Shown: positions 31,446-40,425 of the stretch, piece by piece
Position numbering within the stretch: position 1 is the stretch's first letter
Layout: every line of letters starts with the position of its first letter
Source: Rickettsiales bacterium
GTDB lineage: Bacteria; Pseudomonadota; Alphaproteobacteria; Rickettsiales; UBA3002
NCBI GenBank assembly: GCA_028281385.1
Contig: JANQJY010000049.1
Span: forward strand, 73,774 to 137,773
Length of the DNA: 64,000 bases
Direction: 5' to 3'
Program-made: the position numbers and the translations under genes
Notes under the pieces: model-generated
Databases searched by the model: none
What the model was told of the DNA's origin: nothing
What the model saw: the letters and a program-made list of their open reading frames with translations, nothing else

Positions 31446-31721
31446 TCAGCTAAGTTGGTCATACAAATCTCTCCATTCGGGGTTCATTTGGTTGATTCGT
31501 TTCATTTTCCAGTCCCGGTTCCATTTTTTCATGTATTTTTCACGATGAATGGCGGTCTCCGCATCATCATATATTTCATAATATACCAGTTTCTTTACAT
31601 GATATTTAGAGGCAAATCCTTTCATTATTTCATTTTTATGTTCACTGACACGTTTTACCAAATCGCTTGTGATGCCTGTATTAAATAACCCCATCTTTTT
31701 TGTTTGCCAATATATAGACAT
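31446..31721 (-). CDS. GIY-YIG nuclease family protein (small COG2827/YhbQ-like type)
   Basis: 91 aa. ...GITSDLVKRVSEHKNEIMKGFASKYHVKKLVYYEIYDDAETAIHREKYMKKWNRDWKMKRINQMNPEWRDLY matches the GIY-YIG fold blocks (R..EH, YYE, REK.LK.W.R). Confidence 0.85.
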   Translation of the reverse strand: MSIYWQTKKMGLFNTGITSDLVKRVSEHKNEIMKGFASKYHVKKLVYYEIYDDAETAIHREKYMKKWNRDWKMKRINQMNPEWRDLYDQLS

Positions 31722-31743
31722 AATAGTGTTTTTTCATAGTCTT

Positions 31744-32220
31744 TCAGATTCCCGCCTGCGCGGGAATGACATTTGCCTGTCGGTTAATCTCTCCGGCCAG
31801 CATGGCAGCGCTTAACGCCAGATTAAGTGAACGGGCGGGGCCGTGCATAGGGATGGTTAGCCGCGTATCGGCTGTGGCATGTATTTCCTGCGGCAGGCCA
31901 GCAGACTCACGCCCGAACACGAAAAAGTCATTCTTTCCCATCGGGTGCGATGTGTAGGGAATGTCGCTTTGGGTGGTCATGATGATCAATTGTCCTTTCT
32001 TTTCCTTCCGGTATGCTTCAAACGCATCCCATGAACGGTGCCGCTGCCAGGTCACAAGCTCCATATAATCCATACCGGCGCGGCGAATTCGTTTGTCATC
32101 CAACGGAAAACCGCAAGGTTCGACGACATGCAGTGCGATATCCATACAGGCGCATAATCGCATCATCGCGCCCAGATTCTGCGGAATGTCAGGTTGATAC
32201 AAAACAAACTGTGCCTGCAT
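31744..32220 (-). CDS. trmL: tRNA (cytidine/uridine34-2'-O)-methyltransferase TrmL (SpoU family)
   Basis: 158 aa with LYQPDIPQNLGAMMRLCA...FVFGRESAGLP...IPM...RSLNL blocks, collinear with YibK/TrmL. Confidence 0.9.
   Translation of the reverse strand: MQAQFVLYQPDIPQNLGAMMRLCACMDIALHVVEPCGFPLDDKRIRRAGMDYMELVTWQRHRSWDAFEAYRKEKKGQLIIMTTQSDIPYTSHPMGKNDFFVFGRESAGLPQEIHATADTRLTIPMHGPARSLNLALSAAMLAGEINRQANVIPAQAGI
31747..31770. repeat. 24-bp hairpin repeat (family 1), right terminus of the GIY-YIG unit
   Basis: gattcccgcctgcgcgggaatgac. Its reverse complement encodes VIPAQAGI, the last 8 residues of TrmL. Confidence 0.75.
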
Positions 32221-32385
32221 ATGCCTTGATCTATATCAATTTATGCCACATGCAAATCATGATAACAGTTATCTGCCCTGTGAATTGACATTTTTTACTT
32301 CACTTGGTGGCAGAAGATGACGTAAAAAGACGCGTGAGGATACATCATTATTTCAAAAACAACATTCTGAAATGGGCGTGAGACT

Positions 32386-32919
32386 ATGACATCAGCAGCA
32401 GATTCAAAAGAAGGCGAAACCAGACGCGATTTTATTGTATTGACTGCATCGGCCATGGCCGGTGTGGGCGGTGCGGCAGCGATGTGGCCGTTTATCGACA
32501 GTATGAACCCATCAGCCGATGTATTGGCACTGGCCTCGACGGAGGTGAATTTATCTCCCGTTCTACCTGGTCAGGAAATCAAGGTCATGTGGCGGGGCAA
32601 ACCGGTATTCATCCGTCACCGCACGCCAGAAGATATTGCCAAAGCCAAGGCGGATGATGCTGGCAGTCTTCCGGATCCGCAGACGGATGCCGAACGCGTC
32701 AAGGAAGGCAAGGAACAATGGCTGGTGATGCTTGGCATCTGTACGCATCTGGGCTGTGTGCCACTGGGCAAGAGTGCCGGCGAATATGGCGGGTGGTTCT
32801 GCCCGTGCCACGGTTCGCATTATGATACCTCGGGACGTATTCGCAAAGGTCCGGCACCGACCAATCTGGCCATTCCTGAATATGAATTTCTAAACGATAC
32901 TACGATTAAAATCGGATAA
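32386..32919 (+). CDS. petA: Ubiquinol-cytochrome c reductase Rieske iron-sulfur subunit
   Basis: Tat-like N-terminus (TRRDF), plus the CTHLGC and CPCHGS Rieske boxes. Confidence 0.96.
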   Translation: MTSAADSKEGETRRDFIVLTASAMAGVGGAAAMWPFIDSMNPSADVLALASTEVNLSPVLPGQEIKVMWRGKPVFIRHRTPEDIAKAKADDAGSLPDPQTDAERVKEGKEQWLVMLGICTHLGCVPLGKSAGEYGGWFCPCHGSHYDTSGRIRKGPAPTNLAIPEYEFLNDTTIKIG

Positions 32920-32937
32920 TGTAAGAGGATTTGACGC

Positions 32938-34380
32938 ATGGCATTGCACCATAAATCACCCTATAAAGGCTGGGTCGGCTGGCTGGACAGCCGTCTGCCG
33001 ATTATCTACACCATCGACAAGGTGGTGGGTACTCAACATCCCACACCGCGTAATCTGAATTACTGGTGGAATTTCGGCTCGATCGCCGGCGTGTGCCTGA
33101 TGGTGCAGATTCTGACCGGTCTGTTTCTGGCGATGCATTATGCGGCGGATACGTCGCTCGCCTTCGACAGTGTCGAGCATATCATGCGCGATGTGAATTA
33201 CGGCTGGCTGATTCGCTATATGCATGCGGTCGGTGCCTCGATGTTTTTCATTGCCGTGTTCATTCATATTTTCCGCGGACTCTATTACGGCTCTTATAAA
33301 GCACCGCGTGAAGTACTGTGGTGGATGGGCGTGATCATCCTGCTGCTGATGATGGCCACCGCTTTCATGGGCTATGTGCTTCCCTGGGGGCAGATGAGTT
33401 TCTGGGGGGCGACGGTGATTACCAACCTGTTTTCCGCCTTCCCGGTGGTAGGTGAGGGGATTGTGACGCTGCTGTGGGGCGGATTCTCGGTCGACAACCC
33501 GACATTGAACCGTTTCTTTGCGCTGCATTTCCTGTTGCCTTTCGTGATTGTCGGGGTGGTGATGTTGCATATTCTGGCGCTGAATGCCTATGGCTCCAAT
33601 AACCCGACCGGTATCGATACCAAAGGCCCGCAGGATACGATCCCATTTCATCCTTATTATACGGTGAAGGATTTCTTTGGCTTCGGCGTATTTTTCCTGA
33701 TCTTTGCCGGATTCGTGTTTTTTGCGCCAAATTACCTTGGCCATCCCGATAATTATATTCCTGCCGATCCGCTGGTGACACCGGCGCATATCGTGCCGGA
33801 ATGGTATTTCCTGCCTTTCTATGCCATCCTACGTGCAATTACCTTCGACATCCCTTTTTATCTGATCGGGGTGCCGATGGTGTTGGTGGGCGGATGGTTT
33901 GTTATGAATGTCTGCAAAAAAATGGGAAGCGGTCTGATAGCTTTTGGCCTGCTGCTGAGTGTGCTCGGTTTGGGCGGAGCGCAGATTGATTCCAAGCTGG
34001 GCGGCGTGCTGGCCATGTTCGGCTCGATCCTGGTGTTGTTTGTATTGCCGTGGCTTGATACCTCGCCGGTGCGCAGTGCGAATTACCGTCCGATGTATAA
34101 ATGGTTTTTCTGGTTGTTTGGTATTGTCTGCGTGGTGCTGGGCTATGCCGGCTCGCAAGCGGCAGACTGGGGGACATTGATTGATTTCAGCGATGAAATT
34201 AACAGTTACAATATTCCCGATATCAATGTCAGCCTAGTGGGCACGGTGCTGTATTTTGCCCATTTCCTGGTGATCATGCCGGTTGTCGGCAAAATAGAAA
34301 AGCCGTTGCCATTGCCGGAATCAATCGGTACGCCGGTACTGAAAGATGCCAAACCGGCGACAGAGAAGAAGGGAGAGTAA
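32938..34380 (+). CDS. petB: Cytochrome b
   Basis: NYWWNFGS, the haem-ligand His pairs, [14 protein letters not shown] and other blocks. At 480 aa it has lineage-specific insertions. Confidence 0.96.
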   Translation: MALHHKSPYKGWVGWLDSRLPIIYTIDKVVGTQHPTPRNLNYWWNFGSIAGVCLMVQILTGLFLAMHYAADTSLAFDSVEHIMRDVNYGWLIRYMHAVGASMFFIAVFIHIFRGLYYGSYKAPREVLWWMGVIILLLMMATAFMGYVLPWGQMSFWGATVITNLFSAFPVVGEGIVTLLWGGFSVDNPTLNRFFALHFLLPFVIVGVVMLHILALNAYGSNNPTGIDTKGPQDTIPFHPYYTVKDFFGFGVFFLIFAGFVFFAPNYLGHPDNYIPADPLVTPAHIVPEWYFLPFYAILRAITFDIPFYLIGVPMVLVGGWFVMNVCKKMGSGLIAFGLLLSVLGLGGAQIDSKLGGVLAMFGSILVLFVLPWLDTSPVRSANYRPMYKWFFWLFGIVCVVLGYAGSQAADWGTLIDFSDEINSYNIPDINVSLVGTVLYFAHFLVIMPVVGKIEKPLPLPESIGTPVLKDAKPATEKKGE

Positions 34381-34382
34381 CC

Positions 34383-35147
34383 ATGAAATATCCAGCCTCT
34401 TTTTCTTTTGCTCTTTTGCTGCTGCTGACATTTTCGGCGGAAGGTCTGGCTGCGGGGGATGCCAAACATCCGCGTCAGCTCCACTGGTCGTTTGATGGCG
34501 TTTTCGGAACATTTGATAAACCCTCCATTCAGCGCGGTCTTCAGGTGTATAAAGAGGTGTGCTCTAGTTGTCACGGGCTCAAGCGCATTGCCTTTCGCAA
34601 CTTATCGGAGATTGGGTTTTCCGAAGGTGAAATCAAAACATTGGCGGCAGAATATAGCTATATGGATGGGCCGAATGATGATGGCGAAATGTTTGAGCGG
34701 CCTGGAAAGCCGTCAGACAAATTTCCTGATCCCTATGACAATGAAAAAGCGGCGCGTGCAGTGAATAATGGTGCCTATCCCCTCGATCTGAGTCTGATTG
34801 TCAAGGCGCGTCATGATGGAGCAAACTATATCTATTCGCTGTTAACGGGGTATAAAGAGGCACCGGTCGATGCGCATATCGGCGAAGGGCAGTATTATAA
34901 CCCCTATTTCCCCGGTGGAGCGATTTCAATGGCACCGCCGATAATGGAAGAGGCTGTAACCTATCAGGACGGTACAACCGCAACGGTAGATCAGATGGCG
35001 CGCGATGTGGTGAACTTCCTGCAATGGGCTGCCGAGCCTGAGATGGAAGAACGCAAGCGCATGGGCGTGAAAGTCATGATCTTTCTACTGATCATGACGA
35101 TCTTCTTCTACATTGCCAAAAAACGTATCTGGAAAGACGTGCATTAA
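34383..35147 (+). CDS. petC: Cytochrome c1
   Basis: A signal peptide, the CSSCHG haem motif and a C-terminal TM anchor. Third gene of petABC. Confidence 0.93.
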   Translation: MKYPASFSFALLLLLTFSAEGLAAGDAKHPRQLHWSFDGVFGTFDKPSIQRGLQVYKEVCSSCHGLKRIAFRNLSEIGFSEGEIKTLAAEYSYMDGPNDDGEMFERPGKPSDKFPDPYDNEKAARAVNNGAYPLDLSLIVKARHDGANYIYSLLTGYKEAPVDAHIGEGQYYNPYFPGGAISMAPPIMEEAVTYQDGTTATVDQMARDVVNFLQWAAEPEMEERKRMGVKVMIFLLIMTIFFYIAKKRIWKDVH

Positions 35148-35172
35148 AATCTGATCGCGCTATAAGCGATCT

Positions 35173-35967
35173 ATGGATAATGCATGGCTCATGGCGGTTC
35201 TGCTTGGCCTGATTGAAGGGCTGACGGAATTTATTCCGGTCTCTTCCACCGGTCATCTGATTCTGCTGATCGATATTCTGGGCTTTCAGGGCCCGCCCGG
35301 CAAAGTATTCGAGATTGTCATCCAGCTCGGCGCGATACTGGCGATCTGCTGGCTGTACCGCCTGAGGTTGATGGAAGCGGTAACTGCTGCCCCCGGCGAG
35401 GAGGAAGCCCGGCGGTTTCTGATCAATATCGTCATTGCCTTTCTGCCAGCAGCAGTGATTGGCGCCTTATTTCACACGCAGATCAAGGAGATATTGTTCG
35501 ATCCGCTGGTGGTGGCGAGTATGCTGGTGATCGGCGGCGTGCTGATCATCCTGATCGAACGGTTCAAACCGGAGCCGGTGTTACATGATCTGAACAGGCT
35601 CTCCTACAAGCGTGCGCTGGCGATCGGCTGCTGTCAGACGCTGGCGATGATCCCCGGCACCTCGCGTTCCGGCGCGACGATCATGGGGGCACTGCTGCTC
35701 GGGCTGGATCGAAAAACCGCCACCGAATTTTCTTTTTTCCTGGCGATTCCGACCATGTTCGGCGCGACGGTGTATGATCTGTATAAGAATTACCATCATC
35801 TGACATGGGAAGGGGTGGAATTGATTGCCATCGGTTTCATCACCGCCTTTATCGCGGCATTGTTGCTGGTGAAATGGGTAGTGGGTTTCATCAGTCGTCA
35901 CGGCTTTATTCCCTTCGCCCTCTATCGCATTGCGCTGGGCGGCCTTATGCTGATGTATCTGCTTTAG
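35173..35967 (+). CDS. uppP: Undecaprenyl-diphosphate phosphatase
   Basis: GLTEFIPVSSTGHL and PGTSRSGATI motifs. Confidence 0.95.
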   Translation: MDNAWLMAVLLGLIEGLTEFIPVSSTGHLILLIDILGFQGPPGKVFEIVIQLGAILAICWLYRLRLMEAVTAAPGEEEARRFLINIVIAFLPAAVIGALFHTQIKEILFDPLVVASMLVIGGVLIILIERFKPEPVLHDLNRLSYKRALAIGCCQTLAMIPGTSRSGATIMGALLLGLDRKTATEFSFFLAIPTMFGATVYDLYKNYHHLTWEGVELIAIGFITAFIAALLLVKWVVGFISRHGFIPFALYRIALGGLMLMYLL

Positions 35968-37480
35968 AAAAGCTGTGACGCAGCTCATCTATCGACAGGG
36001 TTCCAAGGCCGATAATCGCGACCCAATAAAGCAGTTTGCCCATTGCGACTAGAGCAACTAAGGCAAGGATGGGAGGTAAGGTACCGAGATAGGCTGGAGT
36101 GATGTAAAGTCCGATACCCATCACCGCGCTGCTAAACAGAATCTTTAGCAGACGCAGGCCGACGATGCGGTCTGGCAGGAAAAAGCGGCGGCGATAAAGG
36201 ACGATGGCCATCAGTAATGCATTGACCCAGCCGGCGATTGAGGTGGCCATGGCGAGGCCGACATGCGCGTAGTATTGCATCAGTATGAGATTAAAGGCGA
36301 GATTGATGCCGACACAGATCGTAGCGATGATAAAAGGCGTTTTGGTATCTTCATTGGCGAAAAAGCCGGGCGCGAACACCTTGATAAGAACAAAGGCGGG
36401 CAGTCCTGCAGCATAGGCGATAAGCGCGGTATAGGTCGCGGCGGTATCCTCGGGCGTAAAGGCACCATGCTCATAGAGCACGGAAATAATCATCTCCGGC
36501 AGAATGACCAGCGCTGTCGCGGCGGGAATACCGAAGAGCAATACCAGTTCTGCGGCACGGTTGATACTGCGTCGCGCCTGATCCACATCGCCGGATCTGA
36601 TCTGTTTGGATAGCAGGGGCAGCAGGGCCGTGCCGACGGCGACACCGATCACGCCGATCGGTAGTTCATTCAGCCGGTCGGCATAATAAAGATAAGAGAC
36701 ACCCTCATCGAAATGCGAGGCGAGGATCAGATCGATCAGCAGGTTGATCTGCGCGACACCGGCACCCAACGCGGCGGGAGCCATCAGAATCATCAGCTTT
36801 TTCACGCGTGGAGTGAATCTGGGAAGCCTGAGATGGGGCAGGGCATGGTGTCTGCGGCAATGCCAGATCAGCCAGACCAGCTGCACAATACCGGCGATAA
36901 ACGCACTGACTGCCAGCGCATGTGCCGGAGTGTCGAGGTAGGGACTCAGGCCATACAGCCCGCCGATCAGGCAGAAATTGAGCAATACCGGTGTGGCGGC
37001 CACGGCGGCAAAACGTTCGACGCTGTTTAAGATACCGCTGAGCAGCGATACCAGCGAAATAAACAGAATATAGGGAAAACAAATACGTGCCAGATCGATG
37101 GTAAGCGATAATTTGTCCGGTGCATCGAGAAATCCGGGAGCGAAGAGCGGCAGAATCCACGGCATGCCGATGAGAAACAAAGCATTCAGCGCTAAAAGCG
37201 CCAGCAACAGCACCGATAAGACCTCGGATGCAAGCTCGAGCGCGTCCTTTCTGCCGCGTTCCTTCAATGTTCCGGCAAATTGCGGCACAAAAGCGGCATT
37301 GAAGGCACCCTCGGCAAACAGGCGCCGGAAGAAATTGGGTAGTTTGAAAGCGACGAAAAACGCATCCGACAGCCAGCTCGCGCCCAGCACATTGGCCACC
37401 GCCACATCACGCAGAAAGCCGAAGACGCGCGACAGCATGGTCATGCTACTGATAATGGCAGAAGATTTGATCAGCGACAT
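35945..37480 (-). CDS. murJ: Lipid II flippase MurJ (MviN)
   Basis: 511 aa. SRVFGFLRDVAVANVLGAS...DAFFVAFKLPNFFRRLFAEGAFNAAFVP is the canonical N-terminus. Confidence 0.93.
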   Translation of the reverse strand: MSLIKSSAIISSMTMLSRVFGFLRDVAVANVLGASWLSDAFFVAFKLPNFFRRLFAEGAFNAAFVPQFAGTLKERGRKDALELASEVLSVLLLALLALNALFLIGMPWILPLFAPGFLDAPDKLSLTIDLARICFPYILFISLVSLLSGILNSVERFAAVAATPVLLNFCLIGGLYGLSPYLDTPAHALAVSAFIAGIVQLVWLIWHCRRHHALPHLRLPRFTPRVKKLMILMAPAALGAGVAQINLLIDLILASHFDEGVSYLYYADRLNELPIGVIGVAVGTALLPLLSKQIRSGDVDQARRSINRAAELVLLFGIPAATALVILPEMIISVLYEHGAFTPEDTAATYTALIAYAAGLPAFVLIKVFAPGFFANEDTKTPFIIATICVGINLAFNLILMQYYAHVGLAMATSIAGWVNALLMAIVLYRRRFFLPDRIVGLRLLKILFSSAVMGIGLYITPAYLGTLPPILALVALVAMGKLLYWVAIIGLGTLSIDELRHSFSKADTSA

Positions 37481-37586
37481 AATGAGTGGACGATTGGGTC
37501 TAGGTTAGCAATTCAGCCTGTTTCATTGACATACCACCGGTGAAAGTTTATCTCTTGGCCGTTCTGTAAAGGGGTACACAATTCTG

Positions 37587-38540
37587 ATGATAATGGCTAT
37601 ACAAATTATCGGCGGCCTGCTGCTGCTGGTGCTGGGAGGCGAGGCGCTGGTGCGCGGCTCGGTTTCCGTGGCCAAAACCATCGGTGTGCCCGTCATCATT
37701 ATCGGATTGACCATTGTATCGCTGGGCACCTCGGCACCGGAAATGGTCATCAGTATTCTCGCCACTTCGGAAGGCCATCCCGATATCGCCATCGGCAATA
37801 TCATCGGTAGTAATATTGCCAACATCCTGCTGGTACTCGGTGTGACCGCCTCGATTGCTAGTATCCGTACCAATCCGGATGTGACCAAGCGCGACGGCAT
37901 TCTGATGATGCTGGTCAGTGTGATTTTCATCATTTTTGCCATAGACGGCATGGTACAGCGTTATGAAGGGGCAATCATGCTTGCTATTATGGTGGGCTAT
38001 CTGTTCAATCTGTTTCGCCGCGCCAGGCAAGAGCAAGATCCTGACATTGCCCAGGAATTCGAGGAAGAGACGCAGTTTCATTATCCGTTGTGGCAGGCGG
38101 CTCTTTATATGGCGGGCGGATTTGCCTTTCTTATCGTCGGTGCCGATATCATGGTGGAAGGGGCGTCCGATATGGCGCGCCTGCTCGGTGTGACCGAGGG
38201 CGTGATCGGCGCGACTATTGTGGCGATAGGTACCTCGGCACCGGAACTGGTGACCTGTGTTGTTGCGGCCTACCGCAAACACCCTGACATTGCGATTGGT
38301 AATGTGGTGGGAAGCAACCTGTTCAACCTCGCCGCCGTGCTCGGTGTGGCGGCATCGATCATGCCGATCGAAGTGGCCGAACAGTTTCTGAAAGTTGATA
38401 TCTGGGTGATGTTCATCGCCTCGACCGTGCTGATTCCGATGATGATCAGCGGCAAACAGATTTCGCGGACGGAAGGCGTATTGAGTTTCCTCGCCTATCT
38501 CGTCTATATCGGTTATCAATATCATCAGGTGAGTATTTAG
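37587..38540 (+). CDS. Ca2+/Na+ antiporter (CaCA/YrbG family)
   Basis: Two alpha-repeats, GTSAPEMVIS..GNIIGSNIANILLVLG and GTSAPELVTC..GNVVGSNLFNLAAVLG. Confidence 0.88.
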   Translation: MIMAIQIIGGLLLLVLGGEALVRGSVSVAKTIGVPVIIIGLTIVSLGTSAPEMVISILATSEGHPDIAIGNIIGSNIANILLVLGVTASIASIRTNPDVTKRDGILMMLVSVIFIIFAIDGMVQRYEGAIMLAIMVGYLFNLFRRARQEQDPDIAQEFEEETQFHYPLWQAALYMAGGFAFLIVGADIMVEGASDMARLLGVTEGVIGATIVAIGTSAPELVTCVVAAYRKHPDIAIGNVVGSNLFNLAAVLGVAASIMPIEVAEQFLKVDIWVMFIASTVLIPMMISGKQISRTEGVLSFLAYLVYIGYQYHQVSI

Positions 38541-38542
38541 CT

Positions 38543-39475
38543 ATGGCGCTTTTTCCATTAAAGCTCGTTCCTGCCGGGACCAATATCGATTTCATCGGCA
38601 AACGCTGGATCGGATTTGCGCTGTCGATGCTGTTGATGGCAGGAACAATCGGCATATTGGTGACGGAAGGGCTGAATCTGGGTATCGATTTTGCCGGTGG
38701 TATTCTGATGGAAATCCGCACACAGCAACCGGCGGATCTGGCCGAACTGCGCCGTCTGCTCGACAAGCCGGAGTTGGGCGAGGTCTCGCTGCAGAATTTC
38801 GGCGATGCGCGCGATGTGCTGATCCGGGTCGAAGTTTCGGGTGAAGACCAGCAGGCACCGCTGATCGCGCAAATAAAGGAACTTCTGGATGCGCAGATCG
38901 GGCAGATCGATTATCGCAAGATCGATTATGTCGGGCCGACCGTCGGTGAGGAACTGATTGAATCAGGCTATATTTCCCTGACCGTCGCCTTTGTCATGGT
39001 GCTGTTGTATATCTGGTTTCGCTTTGAGTGGCAGTTCGGGCTGGGCGCGATTCTCGCGCTGTTGCATGATGCGATTCTGATGGTCGGCTTTTATTCCTTT
39101 ACCCGTTTCGATGTCGGGCTGACCTCGGTGGCGGCGATTCTGACGGTGATCGGTTATTCGATCAACGATTCGGTGGTGATCTATGACCGTATCCGCGAAA
39201 ATATGCGCAAATATAAAAAGATGCCGATGGAGGAATTGCTCAACCGCAGCATTAACGATACGCTGTCACGCACCATCATTACTGCGGTGACGACCATCCT
39301 GGCAGCGGGTGCGTTGAGTGTGTTCGGTGGCGAGGTGATCAGGGGGTTCAGCCTGGCGCTGCTGTTCGGTGTGATCGTAGGGACCTATTCCTCGGTGTAT
39401 GTGGCAGCGCCGGTATTGCTGTATTTTCAGTTGCGTGCAAAGCCGCAGGAAGACTCGGCGCCTGCTGAAGCATGA
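38543..39475 (+). CDS. secF: Protein translocase subunit SecF
   Basis: NLGIDFAGG, IGYSINDSVVIYDRIREN and the TM pattern. No secD is adjacent. Confidence 0.93.
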   Translation: MALFPLKLVPAGTNIDFIGKRWIGFALSMLLMAGTIGILVTEGLNLGIDFAGGILMEIRTQQPADLAELRRLLDKPELGEVSLQNFGDARDVLIRVEVSGEDQQAPLIAQIKELLDAQIGQIDYRKIDYVGPTVGEELIESGYISLTVAFVMVLLYIWFRFEWQFGLGAILALLHDAILMVGFYSFTRFDVGLTSVAAILTVIGYSINDSVVIYDRIRENMRKYKKMPMEELLNRSINDTLSRTIITAVTTILAAGALSVFGGEVIRGFSLALLFGVIVGTYSSVYVAAPVLLYFQLRAKPQEDSAPAEA

Positions 39476-40425
39476 AACTCCTCAGGGATTATAATCATAC
39501 GCCTGAGCCCTGCCGTGGTGCGGTGATGGCGCTGGGCAATTTTGACGGCTGTCATCTCGGTCATCAGGCGGTGCTGAAACAGGCAAAGCGAATGGCAGAA
39601 TCTGAAAAAGCCCCCTTTGCCGTGCTGACCTTTGAACCGCATCCGCGGCAGTTTTTCACTCCATCCGCCGGGCCGATCCGCCTGTCGCCATTGCATATCA
39701 AAGCGCAACTGCTGAAGGAACTGGGGGTGGATATTCTGTTTGCGCTGCGTTTTAATGAAGCTTTCTCGCAGCTCAGCGCTGAAGTATTCATGCAGCAGGT
39801 GCTCGATCAGCAATGCGGCGCGCGCCACGTCATTACCGGCGGAGATTTTGTCTTCGGCCATCAGCGCAGCGGCACCAGCGACGATCTGGAGCGCTATGCC
39901 GGAGAATCCGGCGCATTTGATTACAGCTGGGTGTCGCCTGTGGGTGATGGTCATCATATTTACTCCTCCACCCAGATTCGCCATTTCCTGCAGGCGGGAG
40001 AAATGCACAAGGCGGCGGAATTGCTGGGACGGCCATATGAAATTATCGGGCGGGTGATTCATGGCGACAAACGCGGCCGCGGCATCGGCTTCCCGACGGC
40101 CAATCTGCGTCCGGGGCCGATCTGTCTTCCAAGACGCGGAGTGTATGCGGTTACTGCCCAGTTATGGCAGGATAATCCGCGCCTGTTTTCACCGCCGGAT
40201 GCGTGGCAGGGGGTTGCCAATCTCGGCTATCGCCCTACTTTTGGAGGAAGCTATCTGTCGCTCGAAGTGCATATCAAAGGGCTGGATCGGAATTTATATG
40301 GAAAGCGGTTGCGGGTGGCGCTAAAACATTTTATCCGTGAGGAGATGACATTTGCCGATGGTAAGGCGTTGAAAAAACAGATAGAGAAGGATTGCGAGGC
40401 GGCATGGGAATGGCTCTCAAGATGA
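39472..40425 (+). CDS. ribF: Bifunctional riboflavin kinase / FMN adenylyltransferase
   Basis: GNFDGCHLGHQAV...; GDKRGRGIGFPTANL...; LEVHI..F..NLYGKRL. Confidence 0.95.
   Translation: MKLLRDYNHTPEPCRGAVMALGNFDGCHLGHQAVLKQAKRMAESEKAPFAVLTFEPHPRQFFTPSAGPIRLSPLHIKAQLLKELGVDILFALRFNEAFSQLSAEVFMQQVLDQQCGARHVITGGDFVFGHQRSGTSDDLERYAGESGAFDYSWVSPVGDGHHIYSSTQIRHFLQAGEMHKAAELLGRPYEIIGRVIHGDKRGRGIGFPTANLRPGPICLPRRGVYAVTAQLWQDNPRLFSPPDAWQGVANLGYRPTFGGSYLSLEVHIKGLDRNLYGKRLRVALKHFIREEMTFADGKALKKQIEKDCEAAWEWLSR

Larger units (their letters stand above)
31419..31770 (-). mobile_element. Candidate minimal mobile unit: a GIY-YIG gene flanked by 24-bp terminal inverted repeats (hypothesis)
   Basis: The TIRs lie 3 nt and 25 nt from the ORF ends. 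The ORF is AT-rich compared with the hemF and trmL flanks. Short elements elsewhere resemble the two arms joined together. Confidence 0.4.

Noticed and set aside
30539-31453. Long ORFs antisense to well-supported genes. Examples: 304 aa opposite hemF, 629..1318 opposite atpD, 8276..9130 opposite leuS, 32956..33789 opposite petB, 37548..38525 opposite the CaCA gene, 44939..45622 opposite pgi and 26937..27593 opposite the kinase gene.
   Set aside because: These are shadow ORFs. Their translations are low-complexity and rich in Arg, His and Gly, with no motifs. The opposite strand in each case encodes a protein with clear family signatures.
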